In this document: positions 10,098-19,799 of the stretch, in pieces | Numbering within the stretch: the stretch's first letter is position 1 | Layout: each line of letters opens with the position of its first letter | Assembly (NCBI GenBank): GCA_041653495.1 | Contig: JBAZFF010000001.1 | Coordinates: 4,987-68,986 of the forward strand | Source of the DNA: Minisyncoccota bacterium | GTDB taxonomy: Bacteria; Patescibacteriota; Minisyncoccia; Minisyncoccales; RBG-13-42-11 | Direction of reading: 5' to 3' | Length of the DNA: 64,000 nucleotides | Notes under the pieces: model-generated | What the model was told of the DNA's origin: nothing | Databases searched by the model: none | The model's input: the letters and a program-made list of their open reading frames with translations, nothing else | Position numbers and translations under genes: made by a program

Positions 10098-12329
10098 TTA
10101 TAAATTCAAAAACTCCCAATCCTTCAGATTGTTTGGATCGTAAGAGTACTTATCTTTACTATTAACGCGCCAGCTGTTTTTATCCTTAACCACAATGCCG
10201 CCAAATAATTTCTTCCCAGTTTTGTTTAACTTTTTAATGTAAGCTTGTAAACCTTCGGCGCGATCCTTTGCAGTTTGAGCATAAATGCCACCCTTAGTAT
10301 CAAATAAACCAATGCGACCATCTTTCATCTTCACGATAAAATCGACATAAAATGGTTTGTCAGCTCCCGCCTCTGTGTATGGCACAGCAAAATAAGTCGC
10401 ATCACTCTTGCCGTTCTTAAACCACCACTCAATTTGTTTAGCTTTTTCCAAGTACTCAATAAACGAAACTTCAACATCGCTGTCTTCTTCGAACAATGAG
10501 AGAGTGTTGTTGCCCTTTGTCTTCGCGTAATAAGGCTGAATAATTGATTTTTTATAGTCCTTCTTCACAAAAGTCAGATTGTAATTAATCGTGCCAGGAA
10601 CATTCCATAGCTCCTCGTTCTCGATTAATTCGTACTTGCCTCTGCCAACAACGTCCTGGTAAAGCTCTTTTGCTTTATTAATGACATCTGTGACGATTTG
10701 TCTGTTTTCTTCGGCCAACACGATGGCTTGAATCTTCGGCCAGTCATCAACACCCATCTTAAATGCCTTATCAAAAAAACGATAAATAGAATCATTGATA
10801 CGCTTAATCGATCGTAATTCAGGAGCAAACGGGGTCAAATTTTCACGAGCAAAATAATCAAAAGCGTTCTGTAATTCCACTTCATTCTTCGGTATGTCAA
10901 GCGTTCCTTTTTTCTCAACGCTTTTTGTTTCTTTATCAACATCGACAATGCGTCCGCTGGCGATAATTTTAGTATCGACAATGCTGTGTTTAAGAGAAAT
11001 GTGGTCCTTTAGTTTAAGCTCGTCGGCCGCTTTAAAAAAGATAGGCACAAAATCAGACGACAAACGAGTTTCCTCACGAAAACGTTTAGAATGATATGAT
11101 GACAAATTAATATTTTTATAATTATCACGGCGCTTGCCTTCAAAAACTGTTATGTATTCTTTGGCAATATCCTCAGCAATACCAATATCGCTTAAGCTTG
11201 TAAAAACATAACCAAGATTTAGCTCAGGAGTCTTGTAGTGATGATGCTCTGGCATACGCATGATACGGCCTATAGTTTGGATTGAGAATACAACACTCTT
11301 CCATTCACGGAACAAAACTAATATCGCAGCGCGAGGGCAATCCCAGCCGACTGCAATGGCTTGCTTAAAGATCATCACCTCAACCTCGTTCTCATCTTTT
11401 TCAATATTCTCCAGGTTTATTTTGTTATCTTTCTCAGAGAGATAAATTGCAAGTTTTCCATTCTCGGTAGTGATGCCATACTTGCCCAATAATTGAATTA
11501 CGGAATCCTTTTTATCTATTCCAGCGTGGGAGTCAGGTATCTGTATTAGCATTAACGGATTAACATTTGATCCCTCGGCTGTGTAAAGTTTTGTCAACTC
11601 AACTCGTTTCTTGAGCCCCGCTTCGACAACGATTTCGTCTGCCGTTTTATCGGCTAACTTCTTATCCAAATGAAAACTTTCAAACCCAGGGTTAATAACG
11701 ATTTCCTTCTTAATCATCCCTTCGTCCTTAACTTCCTTAAGCTCAACTTCAACACCACGGAAAACACCCTTGAACTGTGGAGTAGCGGAAACCTCAATGG
11801 TTATTTTGGGACCAATCTCTTCGATGAGTTCTTTTGATTTTTCAGTTTCAGCGTTGCGGTGACTCTCATCGATTACCAGGATAATTGTTCTGCCTTCATC
11901 TTTCGTTCTGGTAATTACATTGGAAAGGTTATTGTCGCGTTCGTTAGCGCGAACATAAATATTTTCTTTTTTGTTTATACTGGCCCAATTTAAAAACAAA
12001 ATTTCGTTCTCTGCGATTTTTCTATCTTCCAGATCTTCATAATAAGAACACTTCAAGCCAACACCAAACTGGTCATAATATTTTTTTAAACTATTACGGC
12101 TTTGATCATGTAGTTTGTTTACCGCTATCCAAACAAAAGAAAATTTACGTCCATCAATTCTTGAATCAATAAGGCGCTTTAAAAACTCAGCCATCATTAA
12201 AGTCTTGCCTGATCCTGTGGGTGCTTTAAAAATACAGATTTTATCGCCTTCTGCTTCCAATAAATCGTTAACCTCTTGTTTGAGTTTTACGATTGCTTTT
12301 TCTTGATAATTTTTAAATTCAATCCACAT
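10098..12329 (-). CDS. res: Type III restriction endonuclease subunit Res
   Basis: APTGSGKT, DESH, SAT, GWDCPRA and QTIGRIMR helicase motifs, with a C-terminal D...DTKG nuclease motif. Confidence 0.88.
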   Translation of the reverse strand: MWIEFKNYQEKAIVKLKQEVNDLLEAEGDKICIFKAPTGSGKTLMMAEFLKRLIDSRIDGRKFSFVWIAVNKLHDQSRNSLKKYYDQFGVGLKCSYYEDLEDRKIAENEILFLNWASINKKENIYVRANERDNNLSNVITRTKDEGRTIILVIDESHRNAETEKSKELIEEIGPKITIEVSATPQFKGVFRGVEVELKEVKDEGMIKKEIVINPGFESFHLDKKLADKTADEIVVEAGLKKRVELTKLYTAEGSNVNPLMLIQIPDSHAGIDKKDSVIQLLGKYGITTENGKLAIYLSEKDNKINLENIEKDENEVEVMIFKQAIAVGWDCPRAAILVLFREWKSVVFSIQTIGRIMRMPEHHHYKTPELNLGYVFTSLSDIGIAEDIAKEYITVFEGKRRDNYKNINLSSYHSKRFREETRLSSDFVPIFFKAADELKLKDHISLKHSIVDTKIIASGRIVDVDKETKSVEKKGTLDIPKNEVELQNAFDYFARENLTPFAPELRSIKRINDSIYRFFDKAFKMGVDDWPKIQAIVLAEENRQIVTDVINKAKELYQDVVGRGKYELIENEELWNVPGTINYNLTFVKKDYKKSIIQPYYAKTKGNNTLSLFEEDSDVEVSFIEYLEKAKQIEWWFKNGKSDATYFAVPYTEAGADKPFYVDFIVKMKDGRIGLFDTKGGIYAQTAKDRAEGLQAYIKKLNKTGKKLFGGIVVKDKNSWRVNSKDKYSYDPNNLKDWEFLNL

Positions 12330-12332
12330 ATT

Positions 12333-14057
12333 TTATTTAAAAATCTCACGATATACTTTCAAAATAACTTCGGGTATAGCACAAAGCGTGACTCGACTGC
12401 GCACATCCATAAACTGCTTCTCGTGCGGATCATCGCCCAAAGAAAACACATAGACATTAAAATGGCCCTTGATTTTCTTTATTGCTTTTTTGAAATCATC
12501 GATAGCTTCTTCATAAAATACGATACCGAGATATTTATCGCTATTCTTGAAAATCTTAAAATCGCTCTCGTCCTGAATTAACTCAAAAGCACTCTCTTTA
12601 ATACAGAGCATCTCAGTCGATTCATTAACCAGCTTGCGCTTATTGCGGTCCGTCGGTTCGGCTTCTACAAAATCGCAGGTGTAATACTTTAAGTTTCCTC
12701 CCAAGCCCTTAACCTTTTCTCCTTTCGTGCCCTTATATCCTTCAATGGCTTTATTCAATCGCGGATAACAAATATCTGAAGCAATCTTTAATCCACTACC
12801 ATTATTATCTTCATTGTTTGTACACAGGATGAATCGTCTCTTTCCACCATCTTCTTTATTTAATTCAAGTAATGCATGTCCAGTAGTCCCTGAGCCCGCA
12901 AAAAAATCCAATATAGTTATATCGTTGGGCTTATTCGTTATCTGAATAAGATATTTAATTAAATTTACAGGCTTCGAATAATTAAAATCTATTCCCATTT
13001 CGCTCAACAAGTCAGCGCCACGTCTATTTATAAATTCATCAAGGAAATTTCTTGGTCTTTTTCCTTCTTCTTCTCTATCGCTAAGATAAGTTTTTGTATA
13101 AATATTCCATACAGATTTTTTTCCTTTATCGTCTAAAAGAGGTGAATTTTTTGCTTTCTTAAAAACAACCCGATCATTTTTAAAGTTTTCCAGAAATGTC
13201 TTTTCGGTCCATCGATAAACCTTTCCTTTCGGTGGTCGCGCCTTAGAGCCATCAGGACATATGATAAAATAGTTCTGATTCGGCCGAACATCCAAAGCGG
13301 CCTGATATAAAGATATCTCTCTATATTTTCCTCTCTTGTCTTCTCTATTAAAAAGCTTTACCCAGTCGTCGGTAACAATGTCTTTGAACTTACCTAATTG
13401 TTGGAGGTCTTTTGTATAGCACAAGAGATAATCAACTGATGGAGAGAATTGGGTTCCTTTATTACTGGCCGTTTTAGCTACCCTGGATATAACTTCCACA
13501 AGATTAAGCTCGCCAAATATCTCGTCACACATCATCTTGAGCTGCGCTAATTCATCATTACCAATACTTATAAACATAACACCGTCTGGCTTAAGAAGAT
13601 TTCTTGCAAGCTTTAACCTTTTTTCCATGAAATTAAGCCATTTACTGTGACGAAACGGATCTTCTTTGTCGACTCTTTTATCATTATAAATAAAATCATC
13701 ATTCCCAGTGTTGTACGGAGGATCGATGTAAATAAAATCAACCGCTTCATAATTGGTAAAATTTAAAACTGCAAGTGAATGGTAATTATCTCCCTCAATT
13801 AATAAATTTACGGGTTTATTTTGGTCATCATTTATTTCTTTACTTTTAGCCTCTTTTAAAACTGGGAATGGTCTACCCACCATTTCATTAGGGAACATTT
13901 CATTGGGAGTACGAGCATCAGGATTGATAAGAATATCGATCTTTTCTTCTGGGAGATCGCGATGCCAAACAAGCCCGTATTTTGTTTCCTTAATACGGCG
14001 CAACTCTTTAATGAGTTCCTCTTTGGACCAATTGTCGTAATTAATTTTTCTTGCCAT
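12333..14057 (-). CDS. mod: Type III RM N6-adenine methyltransferase Mod
   Basis: LIEGDN, IYIDPPYNTG, DFFAGSGTTG. Adjacent to res. Confidence 0.92.
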   Translation of the reverse strand: MARKINYDNWSKEELIKELRRIKETKYGLVWHRDLPEEKIDILINPDARTPNEMFPNEMVGRPFPVLKEAKSKEINDDQNKPVNLLIEGDNYHSLAVLNFTNYEAVDFIYIDPPYNTGNDDFIYNDKRVDKEDPFRHSKWLNFMEKRLKLARNLLKPDGVMFISIGNDELAQLKMMCDEIFGELNLVEVISRVAKTASNKGTQFSPSVDYLLCYTKDLQQLGKFKDIVTDDWVKLFNREDKRGKYREISLYQAALDVRPNQNYFIICPDGSKARPPKGKVYRWTEKTFLENFKNDRVVFKKAKNSPLLDDKGKKSVWNIYTKTYLSDREEEGKRPRNFLDEFINRRGADLLSEMGIDFNYSKPVNLIKYLIQITNKPNDITILDFFAGSGTTGHALLELNKEDGGKRRFILCTNNEDNNGSGLKIASDICYPRLNKAIEGYKGTKGEKVKGLGGNLKYYTCDFVEAEPTDRNKRKLVNESTEMLCIKESAFELIQDESDFKIFKNSDKYLGIVFYEEAIDDFKKAIKKIKGHFNVYVFSLGDDPHEKQFMDVRSRVTLCAIPEVILKVYREIFK

Positions 14058-14178
14058 ATCTTTTATTATCTTTAAGATTGCTCGTCTTATCTAAAAAAGC
14101 ATTAAGGTCAGATTCTTTGATCCGCCAAACCCCAATCTTCGAATCTCTGAACTTACCGAGTTCAATCTTTATATAAAT
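14041..14178 (-). pseudogene. N-terminally truncated excisionase-type HTH remnant overlapping the mod start
   Basis: Startless frame IYIKIELGKFRDSKIGVWRIKESDLNAFLDKTSN..., typical of an HTH_17 C-terminus. An in-frame stop lies at 14179-14181. Confidence 0.55.
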
Positions 14179-14276
14179 TTAACATTTCCAAGAAAGAAAA
14201 CAACCTTCTCGGGAAAGCCAATTTTGATGGCGGGAAAGTCGACCTATTTACGTTTAAATATTGAGGACTTTTCGTC

Positions 14277-14310
14277 TATATGTCGCACAAGGTAGATTGT
14301 GAGACAAATA
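14277..14310 (+). other. Complete dif-like Xer recombination site (array anchor)
   Basis: TATATGTCGCACAA-GGTAGA-TTGTGAGACAAATA. The inverted arms match at 12/14 around a 6-bp spacer, and the 28-bp core at 14280-14307 has dif geometry. Confidence 0.8.
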
Positions 14311-14427
14311 AAAAACCAGCCATTAGGCTGATTTCTTATCCTAAATAAATCTCTTATGACACTTGCTTAGGAATGTTAGCGGGAAAATCTTATATAATCT
14401 TCCCGCTAATTGTGCAGTAATTCTAAT

Positions 14428-14781
14428 TTACCCAGGTGCTTTTGAAAGCCAATAACCTTGGGCGGGATTGACGGTGGCGACAGAACATTCGACCAGCGCC
14501 TGAGGGTAAAGTCTTTTTACGGCTTCCCCCACTCTTGTTGCGAGGCACTGACGAACTTCCGCCGTCCGCTCAGGTTTCTCGTACAGGGCGCTGATCTCGA
14601 CGATTATTTCGTCTCCGAGGCCGTACTGCATTAGGTCCGGCGGGAAGAGACACGTCATATCTTTTTCATCGCGAAGGCCCAACTCGGGCACCGATAGGAC
14701 GGCTCTTACGATTTCTTGATGAAGCTTATTAAAGTCAGCCTCATCTCCTTTTGGCAAACACCATACTTTAATTACTGGCAC
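14428..14781 (-). CDS. Tautomerase/MIF-fold-like protein (cassette 1)
   Basis: N-terminal Pro (PVIKV), small size, internal KPERTAEVRQCLA pattern. GTG start with GAGG RBS. Confidence 0.6.
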   Translation of the reverse strand: MPVIKVWCLPKGDEADFNKLHQEIVRAVLSVPELGLRDEKDMTCLFPPDLMQYGLGDEIIVEISALYEKPERTAEVRQCLATRVGEAVKRLYPQALVECSVATVNPAQGYWLSKAPG

Positions 14782-14848
14782 TTATTCTTTCCTCCTTTAT
14801 TTTCGCTAACAAAACAATAACATATATTTATGGTATTGTCAACTGTAA

Positions 14849-14865
14849 GGTAGATCGTGAGACAA
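14849..14865 (+). repeat. dif-like half-site 2
   Basis: GGTAGA-TCGTGAGACAA followed by ATAAAAA and a hairpin. Confidence 0.85.
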
Positions 14866-14920
14866 ATAAAAAGAGGCTTGCAGTAATTAACCACAAGCCC
14901 TTTTGAACTGTTTCCCTAAA

Positions 14921-16036
14921 TCACCGGACACCGAGGGTTGAGCCCAAGTATTCGAGATTTTTAGGTTCGATGATAACCTTTTTGTCGCTGCTCCGCTTGA
15001 TGAAGCCGGCCCGTAGAGCGACAAGGCCGAGACGTTCAGCGACCAAGCAAACATTTTTCACATCCCGTTGCGATACATAAAGAGCAAAACCCGCTCCCAT
15101 ATTCAGGTTGCCGTATGCTTCCCTGTCGTCCACCGGGCCGTGCTTCTGCAAAAATCCGAAAATAGGCTGTTGCCTCGGTAAACGCTTGATTACGTATGCG
15201 AAGGACTGAGGGGCGCGCATTAGTTTCCGCCATCCGTGTCCGGTTATATTCACCGCATAGTGAATATTTATACCGGAATTCATGCAGTCTTCCACGAGTC
15301 CGACGTAGATGTGTGTCGGGTCAAGAAGCGTCTCTCCGTATGTCCGTCCGTCATCAATCCGCGTAAGATATCCTTCGGGCAATATTTTTGCAATTTCCCG
15401 GGCCATTGTAAGGCCGTTTGCATGGATGCCGGAGCTTTCAATAAGAATAATCGCATCCCCATCCCGGATGTTTTTTGCAGAGATCAGCCTTTCTTTGGGC
15501 TTTACAAGACCCATCGCTGAACCGGAAAGTACAACGGCATACGGCACGACCACTCCCTTGAGAGTCGGCGTTTCGCCGCCACCCCATACGCACCGCGCTA
15601 GGTTGCAGGCCTTCTTCCATCCCTCGACTAAGTCGCGACACCGCTTCTCGTCTTTGAACCATTGGGAATCTCCGACGGCAAGATGCATCGCCACTGAAAG
15701 GGGCAGCGCGCCAAGCGTAATCATATCGTTAACGATCATTGCTACTGTACACTGCGCAATCTGGTCGTAATACGATTTGCCGGTACACCGGTACATCTCA
15801 TCTGCAACCAGATTCTTTGTTCCGAGCCCCTCCTCTACGTGGGCGAAATAGCTTTTCGCCGCTTGGATAAGATAGGCACTTTCTCCGCGGCTCGCCTCAA
15901 GTTCTTCGAACTCTCCGTTATTAAGGCGATCTATATTTGCCGCCGTTTCACGGCCGGCAATTTGTGCCATCCTCTTGAAAGGATCCATGGCGTCATAGTC
16001 GACGCCCACATCCGCATAGGTCATCCTTTTTTCCAT
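14921..16036 (-). CDS. purM: Phosphoribosylformylglycinamidine cyclo-ligase (AIR synthase) family (cassette 2)
   Basis: TYADVGVD, EGLGTK, AMIVND, GGET, SSGIHANG, NITGHG, NMGAG. Confidence 0.88.
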   Translation of the reverse strand: MEKRMTYADVGVDYDAMDPFKRMAQIAGRETAANIDRLNNGEFEELEASRGESAYLIQAAKSYFAHVEEGLGTKNLVADEMYRCTGKSYYDQIAQCTVAMIVNDMITLGALPLSVAMHLAVGDSQWFKDEKRCRDLVEGWKKACNLARCVWGGGETPTLKGVVVPYAVVLSGSAMGLVKPKERLISAKNIRDGDAIILIESSGIHANGLTMAREIAKILPEGYLTRIDDGRTYGETLLDPTHIYVGLVEDCMNSGINIHYAVNITGHGWRKLMRAPQSFAYVIKRLPRQQPIFGFLQKHGPVDDREAYGNLNMGAGFALYVSQRDVKNVCLVAERLGLVALRAGFIKRSSDKKVIIEPKNLEYLGSTLGVR

Positions 16037-16123
16037 ATATTCCCTCCTGTCTTATATTATGAACTGTATGTCGATATTATAACTTTTTCTTAGAAAATCA
16101 AGCCTAGGATTATTCGGTCGGCT

Positions 16124-16140
16124 GGTAGATTGTGAGACAT
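16124..16140 (+). repeat. dif-like half-site 3
   Basis: GGTAGA-TTGTGAGACAT. Confidence 0.88.
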
Positions 16141-16194
16141 AAAGAAAAAGAAGCCATCAAGCGGCTCCTTGTAATTATTCAGACCAACTATTGA

Positions 16195-17250
16195 TTATCT
16201 CATAATATAAGCAGAAGAGGGACCCTTTCCAATCTGGGTGATTATGCCAATTTTTTTAAGCTGGCTTAGTTTTAACTGAACCGTCCTTTTGGGAGAATTA
16301 AGGATATCTACGGCATCTTTCACTGTAATCCTGCCAATCTGATCCAAAAAATCCAGCAATTTTAGTTGATCCTTGTCAAGGTATATTTTTGATTCAATGC
16401 CCTTGTTAATGTTTTTGAAAGACAAAGAAACGACTTGCGCCTTAACGCCGTCGATCTCTTCCTTGAATCCCCTGACGAAATATTCAAGCCAAGGCGTGAA
16501 GTCCTTTTTTCTTTCTTGATAGTTCTTGCCTGTGTTTATTGCCGCATAGTATTTCCCTCTGTCTTTGTTGTAATAGTCTTCCAGGGCAAACAATCTTCGG
16601 AAATTATATCCTCTCTGGTAGAGCACGAGCGTTGCTATAGCCCTGGCCGTCCTGCCGTTACCGTCCTGGAAAGGATGGATGGCCGCTACTTCCTGGTGAA
16701 CTATTCCGGCAGCAATGACAGGATTGATATTTTTGGCCTTACTCTCCTTTAGCCATTTTATTAGATCCTGGCAAAGACGAGGAACATCTTTAGCATCTGG
16801 ACCGGTATAAACGATTTCATCTGACAAACCGATCCTTTGGCGCACAACATATATCAAACCCCTGCGATAATGACCAGACTGATGTTCTGGTAAAGTCTTG
16901 TTAGTAACAAGCTCATGAATTTTCAACAAAACCCTTTCGGTAATCGGCTGTTCATCTTTGACGACTCTCTCTATGTATTTTAAAGCTTTAAGATAATTTT
17001 CAACTTCATAGATGTCGCGCGCTGGAGCATCTATTTTTTTACGGGCGACTATTGCTTCCACCTGTTTATAATCAAGGGCATTACCTTCTATTCCAGTAGA
17101 GCTGTGACTCATCCTGATTAACGCCTGGCGCCTCAATTTTATTTCATTTTTGGGCAAAAGCTTGGCACGATCGATAACCGCTCTTGATTCAACAATGGCG
17201 GTAAGCATCTCAACAATTTTACTCGTTATTTTATAGGAAGGATTAAACAT
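16195..17250 (-). CDS. Fic-family protein with C-terminal wHTH (cassette 3)
   Basis: HPFQDGNGRTAR Fic motif and N-terminal STGIEGN inhibitory helix. Confidence 0.92.
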   Translation of the reverse strand: MFNPSYKITSKIVEMLTAIVESRAVIDRAKLLPKNEIKLRRQALIRMSHSSTGIEGNALDYKQVEAIVARKKIDAPARDIYEVENYLKALKYIERVVKDEQPITERVLLKIHELVTNKTLPEHQSGHYRRGLIYVVRQRIGLSDEIVYTGPDAKDVPRLCQDLIKWLKESKAKNINPVIAAGIVHQEVAAIHPFQDGNGRTARAIATLVLYQRGYNFRRLFALEDYYNKDRGKYYAAINTGKNYQERKKDFTPWLEYFVRGFKEEIDGVKAQVVSLSFKNINKGIESKIYLDKDQLKLLDFLDQIGRITVKDAVDILNSPKRTVQLKLSQLKKIGIITQIGKGPSSAYIMR

Positions 17251-17382
17251 ATTCTATTTGTATTATAACCAATTAAAGAAAATCGCGCAATAATCGCGCA
17301 AAACTTTTAAAATAAGGTAAAAATAAGATTTAATTTCTCCTTGACAAATTATACGACGAAAATGATGCTTCGAGTCTTCGTT

Positions 17383-17399
17383 GGTAGATTGTGAGACAA
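17383..17399 (+). repeat. dif-like half-site 4
   Basis: GGTAGA-TTGTGAGACAA, identical to the right part of the full site. Confidence 0.88.
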
Positions 17400-17449
17400 A
17401 ATAAAAAGGGCCGTCCGTAGGCGACCCTCTTTAAACTAATCGTGTTTTA

Positions 17450-18106
17450 TCAAGCCGGCTGAAGAGAGCGTTTCTGGGGCTTAAAAAGCTCGTCCGAGAA
17501 AGACTTGTCGTTGTAAAAGACGTTCTTCCCGTAGCTTAGTAATTCATTCCCCTTCCAGGTCATAAAGAAGAACCACTGGGCGATATCTTTCCCATATTTG
17601 ATAGAGCCGCATAAGGTGAAAATCGGAACCTTCAGGGACTTATCATCCATGGTGTTGGCGCGGTAGAGGCTAAATTCCAGATTCTTGGTAATCTTTTCGT
17701 TGAAAACATCGGTGAGATTCGAAAAGACCTGGTCCGTGCGTTCGTCGCCGAATATCTTCTCGGGGCCGAGCGTTGACCCCTGCGCCAGAAACTTTGCCCT
17801 TTCCCTGATGAATTTCTTTGTAAAGAAGTTCTCTTCGAAAGAGCGGGCCCTAGTCACGAATCCGGGATTGAGAAGCACCATATCCTGGTATTTAGTTTCT
17901 TTGAGATTGATTACCCCGACGCGGCACAAATCATCCGGTTCGATGCCTAAGTCGCAGTCTATCGTGATCTCATCCATGAAACGCAGAAGATTGAGTGTTA
18001 CACGGTTGTGCAGGCCGATAGTCAGATGATCATCGTCGTTTATTAAGTCAACGACCGGGAAATCTCCCTTTCTTTCTGTTGATAAGACAACTATTCCTTT
18101 ATTCAA
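17450..18106 (-). CDS. Hypothetical protein (cassette 4)
   Basis: 218-aa ORF with AGGAGG RBS, upstream TTGACT and a downstream terminator. Confidence 0.7.
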   Translation of the reverse strand: MNKGIVVLSTERKGDFPVVDLINDDDHLTIGLHNRVTLNLLRFMDEITIDCDLGIEPDDLCRVGVINLKETKYQDMVLLNPGFVTRARSFEENFFTKKFIRERAKFLAQGSTLGPEKIFGDERTDQVFSNLTDVFNEKITKNLEFSLYRANTMDDKSLKVPIFTLCGSIKYGKDIAQWFFFMTWKGNELLSYGKNVFYNDKSFSDELFKPQKRSLQPA

Positions 18107-18192
18107 AGATCTAACCTCCTAATTATTTCCCATTGCAATGGGATTCTAAACTATAAAATAATTCAATCTCAAAGTCAATTCAGCTCCTCCTA

Positions 18193-18209
18193 GGTAGATT
18201 GTACGACTA
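18193..18209 (+). repeat. dif-like half-site 5 (variant arm)
   Basis: GGTAGA-TTGTACGACTA. Confidence 0.75.
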
Positions 18210-18342
18210 GAATGACACGTAATGGCACACAACACACATTATTCGACATGTGTGTTTCAGAATATATTTCCCGATGTATAGACGAATACCCACGGCGTGA
18301 ATATTCCTTGGGTACTTAGTGCTTATTCTCAGCTAATAGAAT

Positions 18343-19098
18343 TTAAGAGAAATATGTCTCTATTTCCCTAGTTAAACGAGAAGAAAAATCTTTTGATATA
18401 GTTTGATGGCTTACTGGCAAAAATATTTTTAATTCTCTTTCTAAATTTCCTACTTCTGAAAGAGCATTCAATAATTTTTCCTTTAAACCAATCTCACTTC
18501 TAGGAATATAGCTCACTAGGCTTGGATTCTTTGAAATAAAATACAAATCAAAGAAATCTCTAGGTTTTTTTCTATAAAGTAAGGCTTCAATCTTCTCTTT
18601 TACTAAGATTCTCTCTGTTAAAAAAGTGACAACATATGAATCTGTAAATTCACTTTGTACAAGACTAGTGTTCGCTTCAACCTCACTAGGATTACGAAAT
18701 GAAATTTCTAATCTTATTTCCGAATCGAAATCTAACATCTTTAATTTAATAACAGTTAAATATCCTCCCGTAGTTTCCCCCTGTGTCCCATCATTAACTT
18801 TTTTCTCAGTTTGTATCCCCTCTTCTTCCATATTTCCCAAAGTTTCGTCTATTAATCTATTAATCTCTGAGTAATCTGGTCCATGATCACCAATCGCGGA
18901 AAAATCAAGATCTTCTGAAAATCGAGGACTATGGAAGACAATCCTTAGAGCAGTACCTCCTTTAAAGAGGAACTTTTCCGAACCCTTTTTCTTATAAAAA
19001 TAAGATAAAAAAAGATGTTGACAGTATTCCCTGGCTATGTTCTCTTCTATTGTCTGATATCTCGTGGCAAGTTGGCTTATGAAATGACGTGAAATCAT
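18343..19098 (-). CDS. abiEii: AbiEii-family nucleotidyltransferase toxin (type IV TA)
   Basis: FKGGTALR, RFSEDLDF, EK, RDFFDLY. Confidence 0.92.
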   Translation of the reverse strand: MISRHFISQLATRYQTIEENIAREYCQHLFLSYFYKKKGSEKFLFKGGTALRIVFHSPRFSEDLDFSAIGDHGPDYSEINRLIDETLGNMEEEGIQTEKKVNDGTQGETTGGYLTVIKLKMLDFDSEIRLEISFRNPSEVEANTSLVQSEFTDSYVVTFLTERILVKEKIEALLYRKKPRDFFDLYFISKNPSLVSYIPRSEIGLKEKLLNALSEVGNLERELKIFLPVSHQTISKDFSSRLTREIETYFS

Positions 19099-19724
19099 AT
19101 TGGTTTATAAATTATTTTTATTAAATTAATGAATGATTTATTCTTCCTAAGATTATTTTTAAAATATTTAACATAATATCCTAATTTGTTGTCATCTATT
19201 TTACTCAAATCTACTCTATCGTTTAAATCTTTTTTCCGTAGAGACAAAAGATAAATATAATCCAACAAAGCCTTTTCTCTTTCTGCCATTAAAACATTAA
19301 CGCCCCTCATTTTTTGTGGTTGATACCCAAAAAAGAGACTCTTTTTTATTTTTATATAGTCAAAAAATGATCTTTGTACGGAGAAACTTTTTGTTTGTTT
19401 TGTAGTCGCAGAAATTATACTATAAACATTTTCTGGAATTATCCCATAAAAAGAGAGGGCTGTTTCAAATGATATATAAGATGGCTTGTACAATTTATTA
19501 GCAATCTCAAATTTGTTAGGAAGATTATGTGCAAAAATATAGAGACCTTTTTTTATTTTCAAAAAATAAGAATTTTGTTTTTTTGAGTTACGCGAAAGGA
19601 ACGCTCTCGCTGTAGAGGATTTTATCTCTAAAAATTTAGAAAATTCAGATACAGTAAAAATCCTGAGCCCAGTATTATTCAACTTTCTCTCGACTAAGCT
19701 CAAGCTTAATCTTTCATTAGTCAT
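19095..19724 (-). CDS. abiEi: AbiEi-family antitoxin / transcriptional regulator
   Basis: N-terminal wHTH (KIKKGLY), SYISFETALSFYGIIPE, EREKALLDY. Overlaps the abiEii start. Confidence 0.88.
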   Translation of the reverse strand: MTNERLSLSLVERKLNNTGLRIFTVSEFSKFLEIKSSTARAFLSRNSKKQNSYFLKIKKGLYIFAHNLPNKFEIANKLYKPSYISFETALSFYGIIPENVYSIISATTKQTKSFSVQRSFFDYIKIKKSLFFGYQPQKMRGVNVLMAEREKALLDYIYLLSLRKKDLNDRVDLSKIDDNKLGYYVKYFKNNLRKNKSFINLIKIIYKPI

Positions 19725-19783
19725 GATATTTCAATATAACATAATACTACGATACCAACAATGTTTTAAACAAGTTTATCTTC

Positions 19784-19799
19784 GTGACAAATATGTCAC
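19784..19799. promoter_or_regulatory. Palindrome upstream of abiEi, possible autoregulatory operator
   Basis: GTGACA-aata-TGTCAC about 60 bp upstream of the start. AbiEi proteins are known to bind inverted repeats in their promoters. Confidence 0.4.

Noticed and set aside
18210-18340. Hairpins downstream of abiEii as an ncRNA
   Set aside because: They are adequately explained as terminator-type stems; no other support.
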